From: Vicugna vicugna
Lineage: Eukaryota
Length of the DNA stretch: 64,000 nt
Assembly: GCA_013265495.1 (NCBI GenBank)
Contig: MU058687.1
Location: 2,730,001-2,794,000 of the forward strand
Reading direction: 5' to 3'
Shown here: piece by piece, positions 40,098 to 54,719 of the stretch
How the letters are laid out: each line of letters begins with the position of its first letter
Position numbering within the stretch: the first letter of the stretch is position 1
Notes under the pieces: generated by a model
What the model was told of the DNA's origin: nothing
The model's input: only the letters and a program-made list of their open reading frames with translations
Database searches by the model: none
Program-made: the position numbers and the translations under genes

Positions 40098-41359
40098 GAG
40101 TCATGATTTCCACTACTTCAACGATGGTGGTGGCAAAGCAGGAACAGAAACTAAAAGGGTATTATTAACAGCAAGTCCGAACACCAACCCAACCTCCATA
40201 CCAGTGTTTTGGGCTAACCGGTGATTTGTTTTTCCCCTAATGCGAGTGAGCCCGCACCCATACGCACCTCCCTACCCTCCCGCTCCCTCTTTGATGGGAA
40301 TGTGGTGGATGGTGGGGGTCGCTAAGTCTCTTCCCATATGCGCTATTCCTCTGACCTGGTGGGGACCATTCTGGCCCAGCTTGCCCCAAAGGACCAGGAA
40401 TGGGGCGTGGCCAGGAATGGATTTAGGATCTGGGGTTGTTTTGGTCCCTTCACCCCCTCCACACACATTTTTCTACTCCCCTTCCATTTGCCTCTAAGGA
40501 AAGTAAAAAGTTCTAATCAGGTTTATTTGCCTTCCCTTAGCTCTGAGAGGGCTCCAGTCTATTCTCAACCAAGGAGGTTCAGAGCCCTACAGGACATTCC
40601 AGTCCCATCCCCATCCCTCTGTACCTCACAAATGCTGCTAAAAAGATGAATAATTGCATTTCTTCACCGTTGGGAATGGGTTCCATTTGGTGTCATAAGC
40701 GATCTTTGCCCCAGGAACTGGGATTGTTTTTTTTTTTTCTCTGTTTCCCACTGTCTGCAACCAGCTAAGTGTCCTGCCTTTAGAAATTACCAAAAAGAGG
40801 GGAAAGAAAAAAATGTGTAATGAATGAAGTGAAATTGTTCTTCCAATGCATCTGCTGGAAGCTGCTGCGAACTCTCCAGGGCTGAGTACATGACTTGTTT
40901 CCCACTTCCCACGCCTCTCCTGTCGGCTCCCAGCTGTGGTATTTTTGCTTTAAATGTGCAGTAACAGTGATACCTGCCACATCTAGAAGGCAAAACACCC
41001 TAGTTTTTTCGTTTTCCCGGCCTCACTTGCACAAGTCACAACTGCACTGGTATCAGCATGTACTCATGGCCACAGGGCGAGGCACCAAAAAGCATTCCTG
41101 ATAATGCCATTTGCAGCTAGGGCACGCATCTGGGGGGAAAACAGAGAGGCTGAAGAGTAAACAGAAATTGCTTAGTCAGCAACTGTCCCCGCCCCAAGAG
41201 GTGAATGTAAATAGCCTGGTACTGGGGGGGAGGGGCAGTCAGCCAGCACCAGGCCTTCTACAGATGCCATCTATGAGGGATTCCTAAGGCACCAGCGTTT
41301 GTGTTAACTGTTGGAAGCAGGGAGGGTGCCTCCCATGGTGGAGTTGTGTGGTCTTAGCC

Positions 41360-41413
41360 CTAGAAAAACACACTTGCTGACTCCAGGCAGAATTAATATC
41401 AATTGAATTTATT
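41360..41413 (-). terminator. Polyadenylation signal of IRF2BPL with GU-rich downstream element
   Basis: tttatt at 41408-41413 reads AATAAA on the minus strand, with UGUA elements upstream. Minus-strand caagtgtgtttttct (about 41376-41362) is a GU/U-rich downstream element. Cleavage is expected near 41395-41385. Confidence 0.8.
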
Positions 41414-42222
41414 ACAACTTACTAAGCTCCAAGGCACATTACAGTGTTCTGTTAACTACAGAAATGTATAAAGGACAAACAGAGCAGATTCTCCATGTCT
41501 AGCATTTCGCTCTACTGTTCAAAAGCATCCGTGCATCAATAAAGCAAAAACAAAACAACACGTGAAGATCCAACACATCCAGGTCAGTAGAAACAAACCA
41601 AAACATTTTCCCTCACAAACTTGCAACAAAAAACACCCCGCCCCCCCATACCCCCCCTTACCATTTTGCAAACGAAACAGAAAAACAGAACAGAACAGAA
41701 CAGAACAAAATAAAGTGAAGACTTCAACACTTGGGGCTGTTTAGAAAGAAGCTCTCACCACTTTATAGCATCAATTTTTTTAGGCAGCAACACTGGCCTT
41801 GGCAAAACAAAACAAAACAAAAAGTCATTTTCTTTTGTGTGTTTTTCCTTTCAGTGAGTGCATAACATTTACAAAAATACACACCAGCAGCAGTCGTTGC
41901 TAAGGGCTATTAATTCTGTACCTAGGCAAACACTCTGCCACCAATAAATGCTAACGAATATGATGCAAATGACCCAACCAATATTATACTGCTTAACACA
42001 AACCAGTTTATCCTTCAAATGAAGAAGTTACATACCTTTGTTTCAAAATATAGAAACATACGACGAAAATAATGTCTATACATAAGACTAACTTTTTGCA
42101 GTTTGTTATATTCACAATTCTACATCTTGGGGGTGAGGGATAAGAGGGTCGATGTGGGTGGGGGAGGGGCCCTCTGGACGGGAGAGGAGCTGGTGGGGCA
42201 AAGGAGGTGGCTGTCTTGTGGT
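41390..42222 (-). other. IRF2BPL: IRF2BPL 3'UTR (about 830 nt)
   Basis: U-rich (A-rich on +), interspersed-repeat-free sequence between the TGA stop and the minus-strand AATAAA; the 3' end is inferred from the poly(A) signal. Confidence 0.8.
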
Positions 42223-45420
<3,198 letters not shown>

Positions 45421-46559
45421 TCCGGAGGCGCGTCTCGGCGCTCCCGCTCGCGCTGCGGCTTGCGCTGTCCCGGGCTTGGCCGCGCGGGATGCCGCCCGGG
45501 CGGAGCGCTGACGTCACCACCATGCTCTGCACCAGTTGTCCCCCCCCTCCCCTTTACACTTCCTCTGTGGAGCCCACTTGTTGCTCGAGAAAGGCGCATG
45601 CGCGGCAGGGCGCCCAAATTCCTCCCAGTCGGCCCCTCCTCCGCGCCTCCGCCCTCCCCTCCCCCCTCGCCTTGTGTGTACAACAGCTGAGGCCCAGCGA
45701 GCTAATGCTGGAAGTCCAGGGCTGGGGGTGGAAATTAAACAGACGATGACCTTTCCTTTCCCCGCCCGGCTTTCCCAAGTAAAAACGCATTTACAAAACC
45801 ACAAGCGTTGTTTCCGATCCCCGATCCCCACCCCACCCCACCCTGGGCAGAGAATTTAAATGTACTGTTTCAAGATTTTTTGCTGTTAAATTTCATATAG
45901 GGTTTTACCCATTACATCTGCAATCAAACCTACCCCCCCCATGAATGTTACATTCATTGCAACCACTGATACGAAGCACCTGCAAAATTAGCTGTTTTCC
46001 AGTCTTCCAGAAACTGCCTTTTCGCTTTGTTTTTGTGTCCTGGTCTAGGAACCTGAGCTTCAACGACGGAGCTAAATGAATTCAGGGTGAGCTACCCCTC
46101 CCCCAAGCCTCACTCTAAAAATTTTGGCTGAATGTCTAAAGAAGCTACGAGCACCCGGAGGCCTTTAAGGAATACAGTCTACTGGCTGCGCACAGCTGCA
46201 GTTGGGGCAGGGAGGGGGAGGTGCTGGAGAGACCAAACAGGTGAGTGGTTTTTCCGGGTTTGATAAAAGATGAGGGCGGCATTTAATAATATTGATCTGT
46301 CTTTGTAAAGCACAGCCGCAGTGTTCAAAGTTCTTTCTCACGTGTTGTGATTTAATTCTTTAGTGCCCCAGAACGCTGAGCAAGTCCCTGATTTCTTTTT
46401 CCTTACAGGATCACTTATCGTCATTGTTTATTGGAGAACAGATACGTTGGTCATAGGGCTAGTTGGGGCACTTCAACTGATTCTTCTAAATATTGGGTCT
46501 GCTTTTTTTTTTTTTTTTTTTAACATGAAAAGATAATCCTGGGCAAGGCTAGAGGAGGG

Positions 46560-46940
46560 GAGGCAGTATGATGGAATTTCAGGTCCTGGAGTCTAGCGCA
46601 CGTGGTTGGAATTTCCTCTCCATTACTTACTGCCTTTGTGACCTTGAACTAGCTACTTACCCTAACATAATCTCTGTTTTCCATCTGTAAAATGGGTTCA
46701 GAACTCCTAATTTATTGGGACTGTTTGAGATTTCATTGTTTCTTGTCGTAACAGGAGGCAACTCAGTGGGACTTGCTGTGGTTTACTTGCATCATCATTA
46801 AACCCTCAGTATTACCTACCAGGTAGATTCTATTATTAACTCCGTTTTACAAGCTCCAAAAATAAAGAGGTTAAATAACTTGCTCAAAGTCACTCAGTTG
46901 TCAGAGATGGAGCTAGGGTCTGAATCCAGTACATCTGCAG
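46560..46940. mobile_element. Tail-to-tail MIR pair
   Basis: tttgtgaccttgaac...tctgttttccatctgtaaaatggg (+) and ctattattaactccgttttaca...agaggttaaataacttgctcaaagtcac (-). Confidence 0.7.
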
Positions 46941-48539
46941 GTGGCTTTGACAAGCTTAGGTTCTTAGATGTAGCTTGGGGTGCTCAAATTTTCTATCAGC
47001 CCCCCATTTGTTACGTACAATCTCACATAAAGTGCTATGCAAGTACATCTTCATAACCAACTCTCATCTTCCCCTTCCAAACAGATTGTCCCACTAAATT
47101 CTTCCATTTACATAAATTGTGAATCTGCCACTGCCACAGAATGTAGCATAAATATACCATACAGTATGTAAAGCACAGTGTCGGGTTCATAGGAAACTGT
47201 CAGTAAGTGTTGGTGGTTATTAGTATTGCTATTAAAGCTGGTACTATTGCTGGTTAACATGTGGAAGTACTTTGTAAATTGCATTGAATGTAAGGATCCC
47301 TACTCTCATCACTATTGCTACTAATTTTAATAAAGTTCAGTTGAAGCAACAAGAAGTATTTATTTTTATTTTGAACCTGACCTTCAGAACCTGTTCCCCC
47401 ATCCAGCTCTCCCCAGCACCCCAATTTCCTGCTTATTCTGGAGCCCTAAGTACAAAATTAGGGGAGTTTTTAAGGATGAGGAGAAAGGGGGAAGGAAGAG
47501 CCTTAGGGAGCCCCTCTTTTATCTCAAAGCGGTGAGATTTCTGTTTTTGCAAAACAGTGAGCTCACTGTGAATTCCCCAACAATAATAAACTTTCCCTGG
47601 CTGACTGGCTCCCGGCAGTGATTCCTCTGTAAAGAGCTGCTGGGAGCATTGCTTCACCCTCCCAGACTTCAACCCTCCCCACACTACAACTACCCTAGAG
47701 TGAGTCAAAACATAGGTCTAGGAAATGGAGTGACATCTCTACCAGCCTGGGGCTCAGGGCTCCTTAGCTTTGGCTTGGCTGGTTAACCCATTTCTTTATG
47801 TTAATATTCATTCAGCCTATCCCTTTATTAAACCAAAATACTGAAGAATAGCAACTTGGCCCCAACCCTCTAGCCAGGCTGCTAGAAAAAGCAAGTCAGA
47901 TTCTGTGTCATAGTGTTATGTTTGGTATGCACACACATATGTCTCCATCTTCTTGTCTGTCTCTGTCTTCCCTGTTACTAAAGAAGATATATATATATAC
48001 ACACATATATGCCGAGTGTCTTCAGACAGTTAGAAATAAACATGCATTTAAACAAACTTCCATTACAGTCTCATAATCCTTTAATTTAAAAGGCATAGCT
48101 CTCTTGACACCCTTCCTCCTCAAAGAATTACCATCACTTATGGTGATAAATTTCTTCTGAACTGCTTGTCTGGAGATGGCCCTCACTGGGGACATGTCAT
48201 GGACTGTGAGAGGCAAGAACACCAATATTTTGGAGATAAATTTTCCTTGAAGGAGAATCCCTGTGACAATATTATCTACGCAATGGGCAGTAACTGAACA
48301 AGGTGTGGAAAGGGCTTCTTCAACCTAAGACACCAGAGAGGACAGAACTGGCTGTGGGGTCTGGGACACTGGCAAAGCCAGGGTCAATCTGGTGCAAGGG
48401 GGAAAGCCTGCAGTCTTCCCAAATTTCCTTCCAGCGGTTACTGTCTTTCCCCAGCTTGCCATCTTAGCTGGTATCCTCCCAGGACCCAGCTTTAAACTGG
48501 AGCAAAAGGTCAGCTTTCCACTTGGCCCTTCCGGAGGCT

Positions 48540-49870
48540 ACAGCCCAGCGTTAGGGGTGAGAAGGTCGCAGCAGGTAGCAGGCGCATGCACTTCGAAGCT
48601 CCCTGCAGCTTCCCTCCGGTCCAACCCACCACTGCCTGGCCCCCGCCGGTTCGTGGCAGAGATAGGGCGCGGGGGGGGGGGGCCTCTTCAGCCTGGCATG
48701 CTTGCAGCCAGCTGGCTAGGCCTTCGAGGAGGCCCGGGCTGAACCTCGCGTCACCCCGCTGCAACGCGCGGGCCAAGCTCTCCGGCAAGAGAAAGGCCTT
48801 TTTTGGTAACACTCAAGCCAGCAGCAAGCAGGACCCGGTTCTCTGGCTGCTAGAGCCGCCTTGAAGATGATGAAAACAAATGTCTGGGCTGGGCTGTCCT
48901 CTCCAAGGGCCCCCATCCCTGTGCTAGGAACTCCCCGGGGCTGTGGGGGTGGAGGAATCGAGTCAACACGGTGATTTACACATTTACTCCCGGGCGGGTT
49001 ACTTGGCGGAAGTATTTGCCTTTTCCTAAAGGATTAATTCTGGTATTAAAAAAAAAAGTATTAATTTAGGCCAGGACATAGGGTTACGCAAGATCCACTC
49101 GATCGTGAAATCCCAGGAACAACGAGATTTGCTAAGAACCCCCGGGGAGGGGAGGCTGCGCCGCCGGTCAGGACCTGCCCAGCCCCGGGCGCGCGGGCAG
49201 CCAGGCGCTCCGTGCAAAATTGGATGGAAGGGAAAGGAGGACGTAGTGGTTGGTGCTGGCACAGCGGTCGCAGCGAGCGATCAGATCTCTGACTGCTTTC
49301 TTCCTGAAGGGGCGGGGAGCCGGGAAGGGAAGAAAGGGAGGGGGGAGTCGCGTCTGGTTCCTGCCTCCTCCCCGCTTCCTCTCCTTGCCAGCGTGCCAGG
49401 GCACGGGGGAGCCCAGCGCTGTCCTCAGCAAAAGCTCGTGTGTTTTTTCAGATCCAAAAATAAAGGAACCCTGGAATAAGCCTCCCAGGGAACAGGCCTA
49501 GAGGAAAAAAAGGGGAAGCGCCAGACAAGGGTGCTATTCACTGACCCGGTTGGGTTAAAACAAACACCCACACCACAAGAAGGTGGGTAGCAAGGGAAGG
49601 GGGGCGTGGAGGGGGAGAAAGGGCGGTGAGGCTGACGGGGGACCGTCAAGGTCACAGGTGTGCTTAACCTCGGACCCTCCCACCCCACCCCGCGTGACCC
49701 GGAGCTCAGCAGGGAGCCAGAGTGCCAGCGGCTTCCCACCGGCCGGCACCAGAGCTGGGGATTTCCACCGCCCGGCTTCGGAGACCCGTCGCCGCCGGCG
49801 CTTTCCTGCTGGGGCCGCCAGAAGGCGGGGCCTCTGAGCGGGAGCCCTCTCTGGGCCTCGCTGTCCCTCA
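48540..49870. promoter_or_regulatory. Second CpG-rich segment 3-4.4 kb upstream of IRF2BPL (candidate enhancer or lncRNA promoter)
   Basis: High CpG density with no credible CDS; ETS GCGGAAGT 49006-49013, C/EBP-PAR-type TTACGCAA 49084-49091, NR5A/ERR TCAAGGTCA 49646-49654. Confidence 0.6.
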
Positions 49871-50049
49871 GTCAAGTCTGGTGCAGATGGGCAGCCATCG
49901 CTGCTATCTCTGGTTGGGGTGAATGGGCCAGAATCACCATGTATTTTGTCTTGCCTTACTTAGCTGGGCGGTTCAACTCGAAACTCAGAAGAGAGGGAGG
50001 AAGGGAGGGCGCTTACCATTGAGTACATATTTACATTATGTTGCTCATC

Positions 50050-50400
50050 TTGGACTTGGCTGACCCTAAACAGATGTGACCTTGGGCATATTTCTTGAGC
50101 GTTGCTTTCTTAGTCTGTAAAATGGGAACAATTGCACTGCCTCATTGGTCTGTGTGGACGATAACTATCATAATGCACTTAATAAAATGTAAGAGATTAT
50201 AAACAATATGATGACCAACATTTGTCTAGAGCTCCCAAGTACGTTTCCAGACATTATCTCACCAATCCTCACACCAGCCCTGTGAGGTAGGTGTTACTTT
50301 CATCACCCTCCTATATCGGTGAGGAAAGCTGGTCCAGAGCCGGTCCAGAATTACTGGAAACCAGGTTCTCTGGATCTAAACCCAGCATTCCTTCTTCTAT
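50050..50400. mobile_element. Tail-to-tail MIR pair
   Basis: tgtgaccttgggc...tctgtaaaatgggaacaat (+); aatcctcacaccagccctgtgaggtaggt...tgaggaaagct (-). Confidence 0.65.
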
Positions 50401-52299
50401 TCAACTGGTTGCTAGTGTTTTTTTTGGTGGGGGGTGTTCTAGCTGTCCCTAAGAAGCTGCAGGAAAGTAAAATGCCTCCCCTACAAGAATCTGCAGGTTA
50501 AGAATGCCACTACTGTCCCAGTAGATGCAAGATTATGCATAAATTAGCACCAGTTACTTTGGAGTTAAAGTCAATCACCATTCAGCTTTGAGCAAAATTG
50601 TGTAGCCATCCATTCTTCCCTGACACCCCCTGAGACCTTCTCGGGTTTTCTGTACCCTGGCCTTAGGCAGAGGTGATGGAGGAAAATCTGAAGTACTAAA
50701 ACATACTGAAGTATTTAGGAACTTTACTGAGTTACCCTTACTGAGGATAGCTGTGTTTTAAATGTCCACACCTGAGAACCCCCAGGCTGAATGATGAAGG
50801 AAGAAAGCAGAGAAGGTGCGTTTTTACGGTGGAAGTATGTTTTCCAAAGTTTCCAAACCCACAAGTCATACCACACAAGTAACAACCTGTTGTTCTCACT
50901 GAATTCAGGTCATACTGTGTGTGCACCCACCCAATATATATCATCCTATACTTGGGCTGGGGGCCACTGGATAACTACGACAGGGCAGGGTGCCCCTCAA
51001 AGCACTTCTAGCCTAAGAGAGGCCTATGCTCTGACAATCCAACCTGGCCTAGGTATCACACTGGAGCTAGAAATCAAGGGAACAAGATGGCCCTCAAACC
51101 TGACTCATCTGGAGGTCTACCATCTAGATAACCTGAATTCCCTCTGGCCAGACCCAGAGAATGTAAGCCTGGTGTGTCCCTATGGGTGTGAAGCTATTCT
51201 CATCCCTTACATTTCATTTCAGAGTTGAAACTTGGCTGCCAGATGGCCTGGCGGGTTTCCATTCCCCAGCTCCTTAGCTTGTGCCCTTCCTTTTGCCATT
51301 CATTCAGTTATTCAACTATTTATGTAGAGAACACTTTCTCAGTCCCAGGGATCTAATGACTAACCAAGCCAGATAGGCTCCAGCCCAGAATCTAGAAGCT
51401 TCCATTTCCTCCAGGGTGTCCTAGTTTCCTGATGCAATAACCCCAAAGTTATCACAGTCAGTGTTTGTACAACACTCCCACCAGCCATGTGACTGACAGA
51501 GCAATCTGTTTATTCTCTCTGGGCCTCAGTTTCCTCACCTGTCAAGTGTTGATATTAAAACTTGTTTTCCCTACTTCGGGGACTTACAGTGAAAATCTGT
51601 CAGTATCCAGGAGTGTAGAAAGGCAAGTCATTGTCAGGAATCTCTTTTCCAGCGCTAAGCCTTTCTAGATAAAATAGCTGGGAAAAGCGTGGTCTGATCC
51701 ACACTCTTCATCATGCGGTTAGAGGGCTTCCTCCTGGGTGGCCAGCCTAGCATCCCTGTTCTTCTAAGTAGTGACTGCCTCTGGATCTATGACCTAAAAG
51801 GAGACAATAGCAAGGGTAGGCTGTCAACTCATCTCTCCTAGACAGACAAGGACTTCCCATCCCCAAATCCTGGCTGATGTTGGAGCTCGCAGTGCTTGGA
51901 TTTATTTGGGGCTTTTACTTTTTTTTGTTTTGGTCAATTTGGAATGAAAAGAGGCAATGACCTCTTCTTTAAAAAACAAAACTAGGCAGGAAGTGTGCTG
52001 GGCCTGAGTGGCAGGGACTAAGGGTGTAATTACAGGTTTTTTGTTCAGCATTTTCATGTGATTAAATCCAAAGGAAAGCAAGCCTGGCCGAGGCTGCTTG
52101 GATGCGGGGTAGACAAGAGAGGTGGGTGTGTGTGTGTTGGGATAGGGAGGAGAGGCAGGAGGTGAGAAAAGAATTTGCTTTTCAGGCTGAGAAGAAGTGG
52201 GTTTCTCGCTTTTATTAATATTTTTACATTCCTTTTCCAGAAGGTAGCCGATTATTCATCTTTTATTCGGTGCCACTGCACTCTCCTTGGTGACATTTC

Positions 52300-53090
52300 C
52301 CAGCCGTGCGCAGCCTTCTCGGCAGTGATTTCCCCTCAACCGTAGACTTCTCCCTCTCTCCACTTTCTCGTATCGCTGCTTTCTGCCTGGTTGCCCACAC
52401 AATAAACCCACTTCAAAATCCACAGCCAGCGTTCTTGCCTACAGAGTTTCCATACCAGCGACCTCGGACGCCGCGAAATAGTCCCTCCTTTTGTTTTGAA
52501 CATCTTCTGGCTTTCCCTGTTCCGCTCTACAATACTGCCTGCCGCCACAGCCCCACCCACCTTCCCCGCGGCTGCCTCGGTTTCCAAGCCAGCGGCCTCC
52601 GTGCGCACCAGCCGGAGGTCTGCAAAAGCCCAGAACGATCCAAAAGGGTCTGAAGCCTCTGGGCTCGCGGGCTTGTGTCCTCCTCCCCCCTCCCCGAGCC
52701 CTTCGTGTCCTGACGTTTCCTTGTGAACCTTGCGAACTGGCAGCAAGAATGGATCCACTGTCTGTGCACATTCTTAAGGCCAGGAAACCTGACCCACCCC
52801 AAAACCACGCGCTCCAAAGGAACGGAACTTGCATTTTCTGAGAAAGCGGGCTTGGGGAGCCCCCTCCTCTTCTCCAACCCCCCTCCTCCCTGCACAACGC
52901 CTGCAGACTGCCCCCCACCCTTACACCACCTTCACCTACTCTTCCCAAGAACAGACTGTTTATCAAAACGGGCAGCCAAGAAACCTACTCCTGTTTCTGG
53001 CCTCTGCCAGAGATTAATCACACTTGGGAAAGGCACAAAACTTGACTGTGTTGGGGCGGGGCGGAGAGGGGCGAATGGAATGGGTAGTTA
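52300..53090. promoter_or_regulatory. Third CpG-rich segment (candidate enhancer or promoter)
   Basis: Local CpG enrichment; GC boxes ggggcggggcgg at about 53053-53064. Confidence 0.5.
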
Positions 53091-53289
53091 AAAGGAAAGA
53101 CCAATAATTTTGACATTTGACAAGCTGGCCAAATTGGTGCTACCTTTTCCCTCCTTTATTTTAGAAAGTCAGCGCAGGATTGAATTATATTCCATGCCCA
53201 CTTCCTCTACCCTGACCCACATACTTCCCCTCCTTCTCTAAGTCTTCATGTTTGATGCTTTAATAGTACTGACTGGCTTGTAATTCTGA

Positions 53290-53467
53290 TTAACATTCTC
53301 AGGGGTGTGTGTGTGTGTGTGTTAACATTCTCAGGGGTGTGTGTGTGTGTGTTAACATTCTCAGGGGTGTGTGTGTGTGTTAACATTCTCAGGGGTGTGT
53401 GTGTGTTAACATTCTCAGGGGTGTGTGTGTGTGTGTGTGTGTGTGGGTGTGTGTGTGTGTGTGTGTG
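53290..53467. repeat. Compound minisatellite: 5 x TTAACATTCTCAGGGG, each followed by (TG)n
   Basis: Units start at 53290, 53322, 53352, 53380 and 53406; TG counts are 8, 7, 6, 5, then 12 plus a further interrupted run. Confidence 0.95.
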
Positions 53468-54719
53468 ATGGAAGGACACATTCACAAACCTGACCGCCTG
53501 ACAAATCCCCCCTTTTCATCCTTCCCTTTGAAATGACATCAAGATGGACTGGGTGTGTGTGGGGTGGGGGGAATGAAGAGAGGAGGCATGGAAAAACGAG
53601 GAAGGGGGAAGCAATTTATGTGCTTTTCTAAGGCAGCTAGTAAAATTCCTAAGGGAGAACAAATGCCAAAATTGACTGTCTTGGTGTATTTTAGACCCGA
53701 TCGTCAGGGTGAATCATGTCAGGACTTTGCACTGGACCTGCAGCCTGGAAGCCAGAGACAGGCACACAAAACATCCCTGTGGGTGGGAGGTACCCTTTTG
53801 AAGGAGGTGGGAGATAGATATTTCCTCTCGCTAGATTCCTCTCCTTCAGGATTTTTTCTCAAATTCTTTGCAAGATGAATTTTTTTTAAAGATGGGCTGA
53901 TAAAGAAAAACCAAGGATAGAAAATGCCCCATAAAATGTGGCCCCAAGGGGAAGGTGCAAAACCCATTTGATCCACGAAATAGATATCTCCACCCTGGAT
54001 TTTTTTTCCCTTTACTTTACAACTCTGCAGACATCAGGTTAGCAAAAGGTAATAAATAGTCCTTGCACAGCAGGGTCTGGACTAGTGAAAACAGTTTACT
54101 GAAATTAATGGGCCTCACTTGAACCAAAACCTCCACTTTGGAATTAATGCCAGACATAGTTTTCCTAAACTCTGTCCAACCGCCTAAGCAGCAGACAATT
54201 TTCGTTCTATTTGTGCTGGAAAATAAAGCCCAGGCCCTTGATCTCAGTGTAGATTATGATTTTTAAAAAAGAATTTCAGCACAGTAAAAGCTATGCCAAT
54301 ATCCAGTTTCTGCTAGTAGAAGCCCTTTTGCTCTGGGCTGTGCCTGACAGTCAGAAGTTATCGGGTAAACTTTACATTGAAAACCATCTCCGAGCTCCCT
54401 CCCCATCGGTGGCCTCAGAGCTCTCACCGGGACACGGGAGAGATTCAAGGAGAGCTCCAGAAACAGGCTGGGTTCTCGCTAACTACCCTCTTCTCCAGGG
54501 CTCTTGGAAAGGCTGGATCTGAACAACGCTGCCTACGTGACCTCAATTCCCCACCCTAAATGAAGCTCCAAAGCACCCAACCGAAACCCACCCCCCCCCA
54601 CCCCAGCTCCCGGTACTCAGGGTGTCTACAGTTCTCAAGCTGCTTTTATTTTTATTAATGTATTTTTAAGGCTGAAATACACACACACCACGCACACAGG
54701 TTTACACCCAGTGGTTATG

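Noticed and set aside
1..41000. Many 60-175 aa ORFs in the intergenic region
   Set aside because: Random-looking composition, often non-ATG starts or inside repeats; no domain, exon chain or processed-pseudogene signature recognised. Small exons cannot be excluded by eye.
41538..41948. Three + strand AATAAA (41538, 41709, 41943) suggesting an antisense 3' end
   Set aside because: Explained by the U-rich composition of the minus-strand 3'UTR; no + strand gene leads into them.
53290..53467. Repeat-spacer pattern resembling a CRISPR array
   Set aside because: Spacers are pure TG repeats, the repeat is only 16 bp, there are no cas genes, and the DNA is mammalian.
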